52,052 nt of DNA, filler included, from Sphacelaria rigidula (GCA_964200075.2; 4 parts of 4 records of this genome joined end to end with filler, not necessarily neighbours in it); one strand, 5' to 3'. Positions 12,238 through 25,256 are shown, numbered from the whole stretch's first letter. Notes: generated by a model from the letters alone, not told the origin. Numbers and translations: made by a program.

Positions 12238-12940
12238 GTGAGATCATTGCGGTCGGTTTGCTTCGTCTGGCAAGGGCGAGGTGGCCTGAGTGTGGAGGAC
12301 AGAGTGTTTTCTGGTGATTCGCAGGCTTCTTGAACATACTTGGGCCCAGGGTGTCGAGATACGAAAGAACACCTGACGCCACCAGCGAAACACCGATCAA
12401 AATCGGAGCATTTTTGGCTCCTGAGCGGTCAATTCCACACATGTCGTGGTGTGCTTCAAGGTGGTGGTTTGCATGTGTAGTTCATGGGTATGTATTTTTC
12501 TTGTTGGATAAGCTCAATCGATACAAGATACTTACTAAAAACGTACTTCCAGTACATTTTCAACGTACGAAATCCTTGCTGTCGTGCAGCCATGTATGTA
12601 TATGTGTACGTACACGTGATATTACATACCATTGAATGTAACAAATGTCACACAAAAATTCAGCGCCTTGCGCGTAAAGGGTTGCAGATTAAACTTCCGT
12701 GCGTATCGTCATCATCCTTTCGTGTGTGTGTGCACCTCTCGAATGTTTCACCTCCTTAGTCTTCGCCTCCCAGGCACATGTTGAACAGAGTTTATTTCGT
12801 GTGCAGTAGTTTTCGTGTGTACATAGCGGTGGACTTCGCGCTCGTCATGTCATTTCATATTCCCCCCCCCCCCCCCCCCCCCACCGCCCGGCACAACCCC
12901 CCCCCCCCGCGCATCCCCCAACCACGGAACCCACCGCCAC

Positions 12941-13040
12941 NNNNNNNNNNNNNNNNNNNNNNNNNNNNNNNNNNNNNNNNNNNNTTAATTAATTAANNNN
13001 NNNNNNNNNNNNNNNNNNNNNNNNNNNNNNNNNNNNNNNN
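12941..13040. other. Artificial assembly spacer (44N-TTAATTAATTAA-44N)
   Basis: An identical 100-bp construct occurs three times. The 12-mer gives stop codons in all six frames. Confidence 0.95.
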
Positions 13041-13145
13041 TTGGGCATGGTGTAAGAAAAACTCCCAGATCGCTCCAAGATTTGAACCCACCACCCAACC
13101 ATGACAAGGCTCCGAGGTTACCAACTGAGCCACCGGGGCGACCGG
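13041..13145 (-). mobile_element. tRNA-derived SINE, head only (cut by the gap)
   Basis: Matches 2010-2114. On the minus strand it has A box TGGCTCAGTTGG and B box GGTTCAAATC. Confidence 0.8.
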
Positions 13146-13761
13146 CTACAGAGGTAGACCTGCATATTGGAATAGCAACAGCAGGTTATTCCCCGCCAGA
13201 GTATGTAGCTTCATGCGGCTCTAGAAAGGAAAGACAAAGATTGCACGAACAAAAAACTTTCCCTGGCGTCGACAGATGAGCAAAACACCTCTGTGGCCTC
13301 TGGTGAAGATCTCGTCGACAAAATCATCTCGTTCTTCACAGGCGGATCATCGTCAAAGTTTCATAGTTTCTTTCACGTCTAATATTTTTCAACAACAACG
13401 GCCATCATTCAAGTGAAAAAATCGCGCTACTAGAGAGCGCAACAACATTGTAGAGTACAGTATATCACAGAACCCACGAGGAAAACACATGCATGCAGCG
13501 GTACTGCGTCGATGTCAACGGCAAGCATATCTCGGCAAAACAAACCGGTGTGTTGCGGTCATACATGAAGCTTCATATGACTGCACACCTGCCTGTCTGT
13601 ACTGAATGTATTGTTGGCAAAAATTGATGCGCTGTCTGCAGCTATGGTGTGGCTGTCTCGTGTCGCGATTATTGACGAAATACAGTACAGTGAGAGCAAG
13701 AATCAAGCCAAGGGGCATCATCAACCCGGCCCATCGACTTGTGTCCACAAGTGATGCCGCG

Positions 13762-14097
13762 ATAGCTTCCCCCCCCCCCCCTCCAAAGTAGCTCGGGCTT
13801 GGTGATTGACTACGAGCCTGGTCCGGCGAAATCCCAGCGTGCTCCGTCCTGGCTTGGTAGGGATGCGAGGTGAACGGTCATATGAAAGGTATGCAAGATC
13901 ATGAGCATACGCCCAAACCAGCCCCCGAACTATCGCGAAAAAAGTGGCCATAAATGGCATGATGGCTCGTTTTAGACTTGATATTGGCGGCAACGATCTC
14001 AAGCGTGCGAGTTCCCGGTTGCTTTGCGTGCTTGGCTCTTATGAGCTTAGTTTACATGTAAATTTCGCCTCTACAATTTCTGGGGGGGGGGTATAGC
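13762..14097. mobile_element. ~335-bp MITE-like element with poly-C / poly-G terminal inverted repeats
   Basis: The left end is C-run + TCCAAAGTAG and the right end is CTACAATTTCT + G-run + TATAG. The interior is non-coding. Confidence 0.5.
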
Positions 14098-15776
14098 GGT
14101 ACCACTATAACAAGTTCTGCATGCACCCGTCCGTGGGTGTAGACAACTAAGCTCGGTGCACAAGGTACCCTCGGTGGATAAGCGACTATAATTCTTCTTG
14201 AGTAATGACCATATCAATTTTCATTGAATTTTCGGGTGATCAGTTCGCGTTGTGTTCTCCACCACCTCGGGTGAACAAAACTCCACCAGAACCGACGAGT
14301 AGGTACGACACTTATGAGGTCTTTGGTTGGTGAAAGTATCATGGAACGTCACCATCGTAGTCGTAGGCACGCCATCGTCAAACGTTGGCATCTGTCGCAG
14401 GAAAATCGCGAATTCCGACCCGCGGTCAGCCAGAGCGTGTGAGCTTTCATCAAATTAATTTTCTCGTTTGTATGCGGTGCAATACGCGTGTGATGCTTTG
14501 GTCGTTTTCGATCGGCATGCCTTACTGTAGCGATGTGTCCAGAGCAACAGGTCTTGCCGTTGTGAACTTTGATGAAGGGTGACATCGCGGGAAAGCCGAC
14601 GAAGCCTGGCCCAACTTGGCGAACTTCACACAAAGGCACAACAGAAGGAAGCGCACTGTTGCATTTTTCGCAGGGAGTACAGATGCATTTCTTCTGAGAC
14701 AGCACGCATCCTACCAACTCTGATACCACCACGTCTACGTTGGGATTCGTGCCCTCCCCGCAACCCCCTCTCCATGTATTGTGGGATTTCTACTTCTTCA
14801 AGCGTGTTGACAGCACCGTCGTATTGCTGCTGGTAAACGTGAACCCCTGTAAAAAATAGGGCTATATACCAGGACTAGGCACACAATGGTCAGTGTCAAT
14901 ACACTGCACTCCATGGGCAGTGATCATTACTCGCAAAATATACCAGAATATCACCACGTATGCTGTAGGTCGTCACTCGCCAGAAGGACACATACTGCGG
15001 TAATGCAACAATGATAGTCCCACGGTTTTGTTATAATCTAGCTGCAAGGGTGTCCTGCACGGTTGTTTCCAGTAGAGCGACCCCCAAAGGAACCAGAAGC
15101 GTGACATACCCCCAGGAGCATTTCGTTCCCCACCAAAACGGCATCAATGATATCTTCGTAAAAACGGCAGTGACCAAAAGAGTTTCCAATTAATTTTACA
15201 TTCTTGAGGCCGCATTTTTCTCGGAAAACTCCAACTTCGTGCGCGCAGAACGCTACCCTCTTGAAGGAAGATAAAGCAACGACGCATTTCTGTTCCGCCT
15301 CCTGCGCGACCCACTGACCAATCGGATGGGCCGTCAGGGTGCGCCCTTGCGTGGCGATCGCGCCGCCACAGCACCAATACATCACGGTATGAACACATTG
15401 GCAATGTATTACTGAGGCATTGGTGCATCGATGAACATAAATCTCCAGCATGTGATGTACTGAAACGCATCAATACACAGCCCTAGCAGAATATAAATAA
15501 TTTCAATGTCGTTCCCCCGTGCTTTTAGACTGGGCTCAATAATTGTTGTTGGAAATCAGCCCGGCAGAGATCAGGCAACTCCGACGACGGCCAAATGTAC
15601 AACGTGCTTGGCAAGTATGAAATCGAAGATGTCCGCACCAGGCAAAATATCCGGACACGAGCGTTCCCTCAAGTACGAAAAATGTCAGCGCTCGTGTGCA
15701 TCCGTGAGACATCATGACGACAAAAAAGGGCCAGGGAGGCAAAAGCGAACCCAAAATAGCTAAGTCAATAAACCAC

Positions 15777-18700
15777 CTTTCAGCGCCATCTCCATACGCC
15801 ACCGCCACCGCCCGCTCGCCGTCACGTTGTCCTAACCGGAACGCAGAAACGACGCACCCTGTCGACGTTTCGGTCTCGCTGGCCTCATCCCAGCCACAGC
15901 AAATACCGAAAAGCTCACATCCATTCGTTTCAGCGGCACGAGATTCGTCGCTGATGTCGCAGCATCCATTAGTAAGATATCGCGCCCCCGCCGCAGCCAG
16001 CACGCACAGCAGACGGGACTCTCGCTTGACGTCCGTTGTTCGCCGTCGGACAGTCGTGACGGGTGCATCGGACCCTTGGCTCTCCTCCTCGACACAAACT
16101 GTCAACGATCGAGGTAATGCTGTCAGTGGCACGCAGATACTCGCTGCGGTTAGAGGGAGAGTGAAGAGTAGCTGGAGCTCCGCGGTGTCCCATAGCAGTA
16201 CCGCGTTCGACGACGGCAGAGTTGCCCACACTAGCGACGTGTTGGTCGGCACCGTGGCCAACGAGGCGAAGATGGCTGGCATCCATACGGAGAGGAAGCA
16301 TGGGAGAGCATGACATGCTCAAGAGATTGGTAAAAACAGAACGGTATGGACTAGGTGACGCGAAAACTAGGGAAACGTAAGTTTGATACTGACTGGACAT
16401 CGCCACCGCATGCAGTGACTTTCGGTTGTGATTACCGTGCAATCTGCCTAGCAGATCGCCAATCTAAAATGTCAACATTATACCAAAATCGTCGAAGAAC
16501 ATTGAATTCATCACCTGTGTTGCCCACGGAACCCGTGGGTAGGGATTTCGCCCTTATCTCCTCCGACCCACGCCTGCCTGGTGAGCACACTAATCGCACA
16601 GCTTTCCCACCGAGCGCCATCACCATCGTAATTTTCGCAGATCGGCCTGTGTGCTCCGCTAACTCTTCCCCCGCCTCCTCCCGTGTATCTTGGCAACCAG
16701 TCCCTGCTGCGGAATAATCGCAAACACAGAGACATGGCGCCGCACTTTTCGGAGCCATGGGTGGAAAAAAAGATGCGAATTTTTTCTTCAGGACGGCCGT
16801 CAGCGTTGCCGGTGGCCGCTTAGCATCAACATCGCACACCTGCATCCCTCGCCCTTCAGCGTTTAGGCAAAAATCGCTAGTGAACCCCAGCCGTGCTGCT
16901 TCCCACACTCGGACGACCGGCGGTCCAGGGTCCAACCCCTGACGTCCGACCGCAACGATGAAAGTCCGCGAACTCAAAATTGTTGCTGTAGATTGTGCGC
17001 CGTTGGGCCCACCTCCCACCCCCACTACAGATGCAGCGTGAAAGCGAACTCGTGTTTTTTCTGTCGTCTCGCCGACCAGACCGGGCGAAAGGTGCGTACA
17101 AACCGCCGCCATATTCGTCAGAACCCAGACTGAGACTCCCCCAGAGTGGCAGACGACGATGGTGGCATCACCATCAGCTGCGTCATCACTATGTCTACAA
17201 TCAGCCGCAGTCGCAGCGGGGGCGACCCGAGGGTAATTGGCTCTCGTCACGACAATAGAGGACACCTCCCACTTAGCACTTCTGCCGGTGAAGTCGAGGT
17301 TTGCCACTCGGGAGACTGAAGGCCATGGTGCATGCAGCATGCCGCCGCTGGGCAGCGGAGACTTCGCGGGGGGGACAGTATCGGCGCGGCTTGCAGTCGG
17401 AGTGTTTACTTCGGGCCGCACACTTTCTGCGCATCGTGCGTCTGTTACCTCATGGGTGAGGGGGGTCACGAGAATGGAAGAGCTCTCGTGGATTGACCTA
17501 ACCGCTGGGTTGCGTGAACAATTCGATTGCCGCACCTCTTCGGCTTCTGTTTCCATGTTCACAGCCTCTCCCTCTGGAGAAGCGCTTGATTTGCACCCCG
17601 ACACCGTTGCACTGGCTGTGGTGCCACAGTTACCCTTTCCGTGCCCGTCTGAGTGCTTGGCACCAGTCCCCATTGCTCCCCTTGACTGCTCTAACGTCGC
17701 GTGTACAGGGCTTCCATCGAGCCGCTGACCGGCCTCCTTCGAAAACGATGGTGCCGCCGGAAAACCCTTCGCAGCAAAGTCAGCGCTACGTTGCTCGGGT
17801 TGTCGGGATTCTGGCCCAAGGACTCCCGTATCGTGTAGGCTGCGCCTTGCGCTTCCCCGTCGCCGCCGGCTGTTCCTGAACTCTGGACTTTGTTCAAGTT
17901 CGCCAGTTTCACAAGTGGATGGCGTCGTATCTTTGAGCGGGGATATATGTGGCTCGGGTGAACTAACTGCTGCAGAGGATCGCGGGGGTGCCCGTAGCGG
18001 CACCTTGTTACGACTTTGGCGACGCTCCTCTGGAGTGGTGAGCTCTGGGCTAACGCTGGTTGCACCCTGACCCGAAGCTACGGCAGTGACGGGGAAGCGC
18101 TGCGCAGCTCTCTTCTCGAGGATGTTACTACTCTGTCGTCGTCGTTTGCCAACCTCGTTCTCTGCCTTCCTGGATTCAACTTTCCCCGTAGTTTCAAAAG
18201 CCGCGGGGGCTGATGAGCTGCTCCTTCGTCTTTTGCTGTGACTAGCGGTTCGGTCATGGATTGTCGTATGATTAGAATCTTCGTCAGTCAGAACAATGCC
18301 CGCCGCTTGGTTGCTAGCCCTGCTGGACGCTGCTCGATCTGAGCGCAACGCCGATCGACTTTTATGTCCAATCTTCTTCGTCTCTGTGGAGGCCGACGCG
18401 GAAGAGATGGGGGAGAGAGACAGGTATAATTTAAGGATGGAATATTACTTGAGTGCAAGTTGCAACCGCCATCAGAGGCACTGCTCAAGTAGAACGGAGA
18501 GTGGGTATGATGACATCGAACACCGAATTCAGCATAGGAGGTTATAAGAGAGAAACCCCGTACTACTGTAGAGCAAGACGGACACCAGCAGTGTCGTATC
18601 GACAGTTCAAAGGAAAAATCAAGTGGTTGACTGTCGCCGGTCGTGATGAAAACACATACAGCACGAAATAGAAGGCATGTATGTTCTTCTTGGTGCCATG

Positions 18701-19237
18701 CCAACCTCTCACCTGTAGCAGCCGTGTCCCCGCGTAATGCCTTCCCTGATGTACGCCTGCCTGCCGAACTCGGCGGCTGGTAGTGCTTGGTCCTACAAAT
18801 ACGGCACTGCGTTGCTCCTTGACGATTGAGGAACGAACACGACGGACACGCCCACCCATGGTTCTCCGCTGCTGATTCCCCCTTGTTCGTAGCCATCGAG
18901 ATGATTGCGCTACTTGAATCGTTGGTGGCATGTCGACGAGCAGTGTCTACTTTCGTGTTGTCATCATTGTGGCGATCATTGCTGCCACTACTCTCAGTTC
19001 TCGCAGGTGCCGCACGCTTTCTCTTCGCAGCTGGCGGTTTCGCAGTTACCGCTCCCGCTGCACCCCGTGTCGTAGCTGCAGCTGTTGCTATCGAGTTCGG
19101 AGCACCGACAATCTCCTCACCACTACCGCTTCCGAAGCTTTGGTGTATCTTTTGATTCTGCCTGCTTCTGCTGACAATGCTACTACTGCTTCCGCCGCCC
19201 CCGGCGCCGTTGCCGCTGCCGCTACCGCTGCCGCTGC

Positions 19238-19271
<34 letters not shown>

Positions 19272-19415
19272 TTGAGACTGCTGTTCGATGCGCTTTAACG
19301 CTGCAATCTGCCTCTCTAAACTGTCCACTCCCAAAAATTCCTTCTCCAGCTCTTCACCGACACGCTGAGCCACCGCTTTATCTTTGGATAATCTCGGCCT
19401 ATATGTACGGCTCAT
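15777..19415 (-). CDS. Large protein (>1000 aa): N-terminal coiled coil, poly-Ser/Gly tract, RanBP2/NZF zinc finger, long disordered region, probable C-terminal WD40-like propeller; 3' end unresolved
   Basis: Exons 19415-18713, 18383-16515 and 16275-~15777 have GT-AG sites and consistent phase-1 junctions. WACPSCSFLNRQGATQCRIC fits the RanBP2-type W-x-C-x2-C-x3-N-x6-C-x2-C pattern. C-terminal strands VVCHSGGVSVW, PVVRVWE and AVLLWD are WD40-like. Confidence 0.8.
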
Positions 19416-19676
19416 GGTAGAACAGAAACACCGTCGCCACCAGCAGCACCAGCACTAGCGCTAGCGCCAGTACCAATTGCCATGTACTCTGGTCAGGCTT
19501 GTCGTGTTCAACCCGTCACCCGTCATATCACCTGTACCATGTGTCATGTTCTTTTTTGAAAAATTAACAAAAGTGTGTGTACAGACCGTACACTGGTCAT
19601 GTCCTGTTCCAGAGGAAGTTGACACACACGGCAGCATACGTGTACAGCGCAGTCTCAGAGTCTACCGGAGAGAAGA
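19416..19676. promoter_or_regulatory. Probable bidirectional promoter (261 bp between divergent ATGs)
   Basis: Start codons at 19415 (-) and 19677 (+). Confidence 0.55.
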
Positions 19677-20996
19677 ATGGACATGCAACGAGAGTCAGAA
19701 GCCGCAGGGATAAATCGTACTCCTGCTAAGGCCAGCCGTGATGCCCCGTCGCTTTCTGCATCGTCGTTATCATCATCACTACAATCGCCAAATTTCCATG
19801 ACGAGGCGCTGGTGTCTCCCGCCATTTCCTATCTGGCGCGCAAAACATCAGGAGGTGTAGGATCGCCCCCTGTGCTATCCACCAAGCCCAGAAGGGCAAG
19901 CAAGCTGTTCCCCACGACCAGAGGTGCAGACAAGGAAGGATTTTCTGCTGCCGATGACGTTGATGAGCGATGTGGTGATGATGGATGTGGAAGGTCAGCA
20001 TCGAAAACCACAACTTCGTTGCTGGGGGGTGGCGGGAAGTTGCAACGGGATGCTCCATCGGGCTTCGACCGTACCTGGCGCCGTTCCGGCAGCGGGCATA
20101 GCGAACGAAAACATGCCGACCCCGAGTGTCCCATTGCAGTAGCAGTATCAGACACCTCGATGGCCTTCGCCTCCCCCTCGAAGATAAGTGGTGGTGGTCT
20201 TGGTGTTGGCGGTAGTAATACCACGGACCGTTATACACCACAGCGGAATCTGGGGGGGTTATTCCTGTCGCCTTCACCAAAGCAGGACCACCCTGATGAT
20301 GCAGCACCAACAAGCATCACCACCAGCCGTAGCAACGTACCGGTCCCACGGCAGTGCAGCCTTCTTCTCCAGCAATCACCAGGATGGGAAGATTCAGGTG
20401 TGTATATGCGTATGCGTGTGCGTGTGAATGATTGAATATTGCTCAGCCGTTCTCATCGGAGCGGACAGTGTTTTGGATGCCTGTCCTTTTACTTTCTACC
20501 TGTCCACAACGTTTCGGAGTATAACACCCCCTTATTTTTTACACAAGTACGTCTTTCGGCCTGACCGAATGTCGTGTCCTTGGAATGGTCTCATGAGAAA
20601 CGTCGACAAACGTGATTGTTTTGTCTCTTGCGAGTGGAGGCAGGGTTTTGTTCTAGAGAAAAAAAGGACTATGAAAGCTCGTCGTTCGGGGTTCCAAGCT
20701 AATTGGTCTCGGTCCCGGTGAAGCCACAATGCACTGACTGTTTAGTCACACTGCAAAATACGAAGTATCAAGTATCTCCTTCGTGAACGGCTTCACCCTC
20801 TGTCCGGGATCCAGACCACGGTAACAGCAGCTTGCGGTAGGGTGAACCCCCTGCTGTGCGATAAGACGAGCAGCAGAGATCACACTGATGGATCGCAGCC
20901 ACTCACCGTACGCAACTTACACCCATCCCATCTAGATGTGAAGAACTGTATTGCATACAGTATCGACTAGATATCGGAACGGCTTTTAATGTGAAG

Positions 20997-21032
<36 letters not shown>

Positions 21033-23088
21033 TCGACTATTGCGTCTGTTTCAGACGATAGCTCCTATACTGCACTCAGTACACTTTTTGACGATGTAAT
21101 CTGTTATCCACGGTGTGGAAGGATGCAGCTTATATGTGGCCCATCCCGAACAAAATATGGCCAATGAATGCAATAAGCTCATACTTTACCCAGTACATTC
21201 TTGGTCATTTGCATCTTTTCACCATTACAGTACTGTCCAGGTGTGATGTACTGACAAAACGTGCGCGTTGCCTGGCTACTGTGTCCTGCAATGTTATTTC
21301 TTGTCTGATGTAGAGGCGGTATTTTCGAAGATTAGGCGTGCGAACACCGTGCACCTGGCGTCTGATTATGCCAAAATTTCACGTATGTGTAGGTCGAGGC
21401 CGCAAGTAGGCGTTGACGCAACAGAACCGGCTACCCACGGCGTTTTGTGCGCTGCGTCGCTTGAAGGGTGATTGAGAACGACGGTGAAACTGCTTTCGGA
21501 ACACTTTCACTTTTGATTGTAAGCTCTAGAGAGTTCAACACGAAACCGGCGTATAGATAGCGGTAGGTTTCGCAGCATCGCCGTTTGACTCGCTTTGCTT
21601 CTCGGTCTACGCTCGCAGCATTATAAATAACAAGCTCCATTCAGGCTTTGTCATATATTTGATGTTGCTACCCTCGGAGATTACACGCCGTCTCGCGCAA
21701 GACGTGTCCGTACAGCCGAGTAGCAGCGCCCGAAGTAATCGATATCATTCATCGTCCTCGCTTCGCACCACATGTCATCCCTTCACTTTCGCATGGACCC
21801 GATGTTTGATGGGTGCATGTGGTCGGAAGGGGATATTCAATTTTGTGTTTGAGTTTCTCGGGTCGTTTGTTACTCGTGCTTACACCTCAACCAGAGTCCA
21901 CGCTATGCTCGAGTGCATTGGCAACAACACAAGAACCAGCAGCAAGAGAATCCAGCGCAAAATTGTCACCTTCATCACAAGAAGATACAACTGTTGAGAA
22001 GTCCGTTTCGGACTCCAGCGCAGAGCTGGGCGAGGCGGAGGGAGCGAGCGAGGCAGGAGCGGTGGTACCAAAGGATGAAGTCCTCGTTTCTAATGAGGCT
22101 CTGCGCGACGTGGACACCAAGCAGATTTGCACGTTAGAGGTTCTTGTGCGCCATACAAGGGACCGTGTAGGTGAGAACGGGGTCAGTCGTGGAGCTGGAT
22201 CGGTGAATGAACTCGTACGGTATACATGAATCATCAACCGACCAACCTCAGTGTGATCTAGGAGTACCACTGGTGTGCCTCAAGCGTTGTCTTCCTTACT
22301 GCATCATATTGAAGGATTGGGAACGTGCTCCTCCCACGAGTAAGGGGCAGCTGGTGTACGAGAAAACCACTACAAGTTTCTTCCTCTCATGACGATCGTA
22401 ACTTCACCTCCCATCGCACCTTGCCATCCATGTTGGTGTTGAATTGCTTCATTGCAATTCGACGATACAGCGTATCCAGTAGTGTTCTCAATGTTGAGTC
22501 CTGTCCAGGGACGGCAGAAACGTTAAACATGCCTTCACGGTGCAGTATAAAACTCGTAACTGTCGAAGCTCACAGTATAACGTGAGGGTATGGTCCCTCA
22601 TCGTGAAGTCATTTTGAAGTCAACCATATCCCGGTGTGTGTTGAGCATCACTGCCGATTGTCTCAACAACATGCCCCGGCGCTGTAGATGTAGACGCTAT
22701 TTTGGTCCCCGTGCCCTCTATGGTACCCTATCCTTCTCCGTCCCCTCCGCTGCCCCGCGCGTATGTCGTTCTCGCCCCTTGACGTGATACACATGTTTTC
22801 GCGTACGGTTCGTCGCCACCTTGGTTGCCCGGTCTGTTGATCGCCTGCATTTTGTATCCGCGTTCATCATGTGTCACCCACTCAGGAGTGAGCGCCCTCG
22901 TCTCCTGGCGTGTGGCGGAGTTGAAGAGGCGGCTTGTGTACCTGAAAATGTTCCCTAGCACGGAGTCGATCTTCCTCACACCGCGGTACGGCGACGGTCA
23001 GGCGCTGACGGACGACCAGGCGTTAGGCTCGCTTGATACGGAGATCACCTACGAGGCTCGTAAAATCACCGCCGTCCTCACGGCGTGA
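19677..23088 (+). CDS. 399-aa protein: Ser/Pro-rich disordered N-terminus plus C-terminal ubiquitin-like (beta-grasp) domain
   Basis: Exons 19677-20397, 21895-22170 and 22886-23088 (GT-AG, both introns phase 1) total 1200 nt and end in TGA. The C-terminus TLEVLVRHTRDRVGVSALVSWRVAELKRRLVYLKMFPSTESIFLTPRYGDGQALTDDQALGSL follows the ubiquitin-like pattern (V-x-E-L-K helix; G-x2-L-x-D-x3-L). Confidence 0.8.
20970..21031 (+). mobile_element. 3' tail of a non-LTR retroelement ending in (CAA)n
   Basis: GATATCGGAACGG-TT-AATGTGAAGACAACAA is shared with 40378-40429 and is followed by ~11 CAA units. Confidence 0.65.
21292..21730. repeat. Dispersed repeat R1, copy 2 (intronic)
   Basis: Aligns with 122-600 and 33320-33670. 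Confidence 0.7.
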
Positions 23089-23886
23089 TTTTTGTTTTGT
23101 GCGTTTCAGCGAATTGTAGCCTGGGTGGCTGCCGTGTGTTTCTCTATATAGAGCTCATTTTTTGCCGGCTGTTGGGTGTTGAGATACGTATTAACTTATG
23201 GCATTGTAGCGTGACATAAACTGTGCATGTTTAGGGGGTGATCGGCCATGGTTTAATCTGCGGTTCTGCCTGTACATTTTGGCAGCTGATATGCGGTTTG
23301 CCGTGATTTTTTCAAGACCTGGAGTGGTCCATCGCTTTGGCAAGGTGTTTCATGCAGCGTGTTTCGCTGCTGCAAAAGGCTCGCGACGTCAGCAAATGTT
23401 CCGAAAACTACTGCAGCATACTAGATCCTCGACTTGACCGCGTAATGGAACCAAAGCCAACGGAGGTACTGAGTGAACAAACGTGCGAGTGTTGAATGCA
23501 GTGTTCGGTTGGCTTGCTCAGCAGTCTAGAAGCCGACCAGAATACGGCTGAATGAGGACGCGGGAGGGGGGTCGTCAAGAAGCGAGGGCAGATGGACGAA
23601 TGAAAAGTTTAGAAAAATTGAAGTCTGGAACAGAACGGACGATAAATTGCATAGTCTGTACACGGAGCGTTTTGTTATTGCGGCGGGCTTCTACGGGTGA
23701 ACGTACGATGAAACAATGCTATGATGGAACGAATGTGCTTGTGCTACGGTCTTGGACGAATGACGAAAATAACGAAGAACGTCCGGACAGAGCATACGTT
23801 TGTTGGGCAATTATGACACTATGCTTCTTCACGGTACCTGTATCGAACCGTGGGATTTTCATTTCGAGTAGAGATTTCTCCCATCC

Positions 23887-23966
23887 ATGGCGGTGGTGTA
23901 ATGGTCCGATTGTCGCCATTAGGGTGGAGAGAACGGGGGTTCGACTCCCGATGCGTTGATTTTTTT
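23887..23966 (+). pseudogene. tRNA-Pro(AGG)-derived pseudogene or SINE head
   Basis: A box TGGTGTAATGG, an anticodon region GATTGTCGCCATTAGGGTGGAGAG resembling eukaryotic tRNA-Pro GATTCTCGCTTAGGGTGCGAGAG, B box GGTTCGACTCC, then T7. The acceptor stem does not pair. Confidence 0.55.
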
Positions 23967-25256
23967 CTTCGTAATGTACGATTTCCACCGTGGAAAGAGT
24001 GAGAGCGTGAGTAAACAAAGTAGTCGACTCGATTCGTGTGACGTGAGTTGATGCGGTGCGGGAGTGCTGCCCAATCCGCGAGACCAAAATGAAAGGCACG
24101 TACCGGGGGAGAGATGGGTTGATCCCTTTAGACCACGGACTCATCCCGAGGAAGGGGAGGGGTTCAAAGTGTTGAGAGGAAGAAAAAAAAATAGGATACC
24201 TTTCGGGTTGATTTGATGGCGGAGATGGCACAAGATGGCCACCGACGCAAATTACATGCTGGCAGCACAGATGATATGATACAATGTGACAACATGCTTA
24301 CACTTTGACTGGGTATCTGCTACATATAGTACAGGGTCCGGGGCCGTCGTTGGTGGCCAGTTGCTTACATGCAGGGACATGAATACGTGGCAACGTGAAT
24401 AGGATTGCACCAAGAGGACTTTATTGCGTGGCGTGATTGAATGAACAGGATGACAGGAATGAAAGATGGAGAACTATGTCCACACCACGTACTTTTTGTT
24501 TTGTCTTGAGCGGAATGTACCGCGCTGTCAAGTGTGAGATTAACGAAGACGATGGAGAAGCATAACCCCCGGAGCGTGTCACTGTCATTTTTAGAGAAAA
24601 GAGGGAAGGGGGCGGGATCGGCAGGGAGGAGCTCAGGGAGGTCGACTGGTTTTTGCAGATAATAACGTATTTTTGAGGTACCGCCGGATGGTCGACTGGT
24701 GGTGAAAAATACTCCCTCTAGTTTTGATCACGTATAGGGATACTTTGTCTCAGCATGTTCACCGGAGGATGATGAGTGCTGCGAGGCACACAACCCCGAG
24801 AGGGCTGACGATGTAACGTATACTGTCCGGTAGGTGGGGCCACAACATCCTACAAAAACGTGTCGTAGTCTTGAGCGATGCTGCAGTCATTGCTTCCTTA
24901 GTGTATCCAGTTGAGTAATGCACGAGGTACTCTTGATGAGGAAATAAAGGAAAATGTATCTGCCCTAGTTTTCCTCAATCTCGACAGGTTTCGGAGGGGG
25001 GGTGGGGGCTGGCCTGCAGCTGGTAGCTAGGGGCCTGAGGCCCTCTACCACCACTTCCACACGACACGCACGATGACGAGGGGGCATCTGGCATGGCCAA
25101 TTGGCTCCCACCCAGCGTAATATTTTTGCAACCCTCTGATTTTGTAATACAGTGCTCTGATTCGGTTGCTGTTGCTTAGTCGAGAGTATTTGCAGTCCTC
25201 TGCGATCATCTGGAGGGCTTAATTCCCTCCGGAGGCACATGTGCCCTCGAGAGGTT

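Noticed and set aside
12985..12996. TTAATTAATTAA palindromes inside N runs (also 26024-26035 and 39062-39073)
   Set aside because: Identical synthetic six-frame stop linkers, not biology.
14520..15460. Candidate last exons of the NZF/propeller gene
   Set aside because: Several AG/GT choices exist, none giving an unambiguous phase-consistent, motif-supported exon.
18826..19298. Plus-strand ORFs with poly-Ala, and other long antisense ORFs (15714-16313, 17237-17728, 32303-32788, 26213-27160, 51474-52001)
   Set aside because: They are shadows of real exons or the RT on the opposite strand, with no independent domain or splice evidence.
23887..23960. Functional tRNA gene
   Set aside because: The acceptor stem cannot pair and the anticodon arm has indels.
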